From assembly GCA_039621445.1 (NCBI GenBank), contig CP154954.1, positions 46,231,847 through 46,295,846 on the forward strand: a stretch of DNA of 64,000 bases, read 5' to 3'. Each line of letters starts with the position of its first letter. Within the stretch, counting starts at the first letter, position 1. This DNA comes from Euglena gracilis (Eukaryota). Made by a program: the position numbers and the translations under genes. The notes below the pieces were generated by a model that was not told the DNA's origin, did not search any database, and saw nothing but the letters and a program-made list of their open reading frames with translations. Shown here one piece after another: positions 63,201 through 64,000 of this stretch.

Positions 63201-64000
63201 ACTGAACCGAAGGCTCCACCAGAAACCATCCACAAGCCACAATCGAGTCATCCCCAAATGCGTTGCCAATCCTGAAGCAACCGTCTGTGCGGAACGCCCT
63301 CACGAGGGGATCGTCTGCGGCGGTGAACCGGGTCAGCGGCCACAGCGCGACGCAGGCACTGCGGTGACCCAAGGGGAGGGAACGTAACGTGGACCCTCAA
63401 AAAAATACACAACACAAAAAAAAAGCAAAAACAGCAGCAAAAAAACGCAAAAAAAACGCAAAAAAAACCCACAAGTCTCATGCAAAATCCTTCAAAGCTC
63501 CCCGGGATGCACACTTTTCCACTGGGGAGGACTGGAAATTTTTTCATTTTGCTCAAAAATGAGCATTTTGTTGCAAAAATGCAAAAAAAACGACGAAAAA
63601 TTGACATAATCTTTGGTCTCGGGGGAAATCGGGGCCAAAACGAGGAAATTCTCACAGTCCAAAAAAGCATTCGCAAAAATAAAAATATCGCTGGGGGAAA
63701 AAGGCACAAAAAAAGGAGCAAAAACAAAATTTCGCCAAAATCGAAAATACACAAAAAAAACGCGTTTGCGTTTCTCCCCCTCCTGCGTGACCCTCCTCCC
63801 CCCGGTTCCGACGACTCCTCGGCCTTGGCACACCCCCCCCCCTCCCCGGCTCCTCTGACCCCTCTATGGCCTTGGCACCAACTCCCCCCCCCAACCCCGG
63901 CGTCGGGCTGGCTGCGTGCCGGAAGTCGGGCGAGGGGACCTCGCCGGCCCCTCGAGCGGCCTTGACCTCCAGCCGGCGGAGGGCGAAGAGGCAGTCCACC
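41690..64000 (-). CDS. Multi-exon coding unit A: triple LOTUS/OST-HTH-like domain protein segment (5' end outside window)
   Basis: About 20 GC-rich minus-strand exons. Hand splicing gives in-frame joins, e.g. [19 protein letters not shown]...[17 protein letters not shown]...[43 protein letters not shown]. Collinear peptide similarity to unit B. The domain call is by motif recognition, not HMM. Confidence 0.85.
42379..42433 (-). CDS. Unit A exon (55 nt): [18 protein letters not shown]
   Basis: Found by searching for the complement of the upstream intron 5' end; same length as 2153-2207. Confidence 0.88.
43174..43348 (-). CDS. Unit A exon: [53 protein letters not shown]
   Basis: Highly similar to 6998-7172. 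Confidence 0.92.
43916..44065 (-). CDS. Unit A exon, LOTUS-3 core: [49 protein letters not shown]
   Basis: Preceded by a CAG acceptor; LGYxxLxxFIxxIPxVV is a typical LOTUS motif. The 3' edge is less certain. Confidence 0.92.
44364..44840. repeat. Diverged ~270-bp tandem duplication
   Basis: CCACCTTCAACAAAAAAG...AATGTTCGGCACAGAAA...CACATTGAAAG occurs twice. Confidence 0.8.
44919..45275. repeat. Compound (TA)n then (CATA)n microsatellite
   Basis: Direct reading. Confidence 0.97.
45798..46110. repeat. ~150-bp tandem duplication built from CAGCCAGAAG-type 10-mers
   Basis: Two near-identical copies. Confidence 0.85.
46774..46836 (-). CDS. Unit A exon (63 nt), LOTUS-3 start: [21 protein letters not shown]
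   Basis: Same length as 13641-13703; followed by a GT donor. Confidence 0.88.
47673..47830 (-). CDS. Unit A exon: [20 protein letters not shown]...[19 protein letters not shown] (5' edge approx)
   Basis: Paralog at 14718-14880 (LPPKWQNFRMPPLPPLPGL). Confidence 0.85.
48875..48992 (-). CDS. Unit A acidic linker exon: [35 protein letters not shown] (3' edge approx)
   Basis: 5' junction CCG/CGG-paired and in frame; counterpart at 15560-15706. Confidence 0.75.
49684..49839 (-). CDS. Unit A exon, LOTUS-2 C-terminal part: [52 protein letters not shown]
   Basis: Paralog at 16718-16861. Confidence 0.9.
50226..50423 (-). CDS. Unit A exon, LOTUS-2 N-terminal part: [13 protein letters not shown]...[32 protein letters not shown] (5' edge approx)
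   Basis: Paralog at 20176-20373; LRxIVRxxxxxxPxGxxL pattern. Confidence 0.9.
51103..51544. mobile_element. MITE family 2, copy 2
   Basis: Same TIR and body; TSD CCTGGGGG. Confidence 0.92.
52390..52546 (-). CDS. Unit A exon: [50 protein letters not shown] (3' edge approx)
   Basis: Equivalent to two unit B exons (21384-21478 plus 20660-20723). Confidence 0.88.
53050..53143 (-). CDS. Unit A exon (94 nt), LOTUS-1 C-terminal part: [32 protein letters not shown]
   Basis: Same length as paralog 22132-22225; an in-frame genomic stop overlapping the junction forces it. Confidence 0.92.
56589..56708 (-). CDS. Unit A exon: [40 protein letters not shown]
   Basis: Both junctions are in frame with paired intron ends; paralog at 23845-23955. 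Confidence 0.9.
56709..56834 (-). other. Non-conventional (non GT-AG) intron, 126 nt; example of the dominant intron class here
   Basis: ttcc|gccCAGGG...CCCTGagccc|ggcag; removal gives in-frame DFRQY. Confidence 0.85.
56835..56966 (-). CDS. Unit A exon: [38 protein letters not shown] (5' edge approx)
   Basis: [21 protein letters not shown] is shared with 26422-26555; 3' edge set by in-frame intron pairing. Confidence 0.9.
57550..57635 (-). CDS. Unit A exon (approx): [27 protein letters not shown]; possible first helix of LOTUS-1
   Basis: Matches IPWDEDPPVLRPSGK at 26910-26965. Confidence 0.75.
57976..58182. mobile_element. TA-flanked MITE
   Basis: TA|CCAT(C)nATTATGTACCCCC ... GGGGTACATAATGGG..GATGG|TA. 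Confidence 0.8.
58770..58860 (-). CDS. Unit A exon (approx): [20 protein letters not shown]
   Basis: Near-identical peptide at 27260-27345 (AKDPGMWQPEWGPELAARLG). Confidence 0.85.
59870..60075 (-). CDS. Unit A low-complexity acidic/Ala-Gly exon (approx)
   Basis: [43 protein letters not shown]; positional counterpart of 28795-29040. Confidence 0.6.
60765..61099. mobile_element. MITE family 2, copy 3 (right TIR missing, internal deletion)
   Basis: Left TIR and body match the other copies. Confidence 0.85.
61457..61638. mobile_element. TA-flanked MITE
   Basis: TA|CCT(C)nTTGTCGTTGACAC ... GTGTCAACGACAAA(G)nAGG|TA. Confidence 0.82.
62850..63045 (-). CDS. Unit A exon (approx): [52 protein letters not shown]
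   Basis: Protein-like composition with GC3-rich codons. Confidence 0.7.
63270..63370 (-). CDS. Unit A exon (approx): [29 protein letters not shown]
   Basis: GC-rich island between AT-rich flanks; weak similarity to 32035-32195 (ADDGSV..VVGCL). Confidence 0.55.
63890..64000 (-). CDS. Unit A exon (approx): [26 protein letters not shown]
   Basis: GC-rich open frame; weak similarity to 32815-33060 (VARQEAKREAMAG). Confidence 0.55.

Noticed and set aside
1-64000. Prokaryotic operon, rRNA, spliced-leader RNA gene, or intact transposase/reverse transcriptase
   Set aside because: No long coherent ORFs or recognisable motifs for these were seen.

Overview
Eukaryotic, repeat-rich genomic DNA, most consistent with a euglenid (Euglena-like) nuclear genome; this is inferred from the intron type, not from a search. 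The ORF track is largely uninformative. The coding signal is about 45-50 short GC-rich exons on the minus strand, running off both window ends. They form two collinear, diverged copies of one exon series: unit A at ~64000-41690 and unit B at ~33060-1325, joined by Pro/Ala/Gly-rich linker exons. Splicing them by hand gives three LOTUS/OST-HTH-like domains per unit ([16 protein letters not shown], LRxIVRDC...[11 protein letters not shown], LGYxRxSxFIxAIPExV). Almost all resolved introns lack GT-AG. They are euglenid-type non-conventional introns whose ends base-pair: C at +4 pairs with G at -6 or -7, and the next exon starts with a purine. Intron positions are conserved between units while the paired triplets vary in a compensatory way. 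One conserved intron is GT-AG, and two introns are present only in unit B. Introns are filled with nested non-autonomous DNA transposons (8-bp, TA and 3-bp TSD classes), a tRNA-like element split by an insertion, and strand-biased (TG)n microsatellites. Coordinates called approximate were not resolved to the base, and homopolymer lengths may be unreliable.
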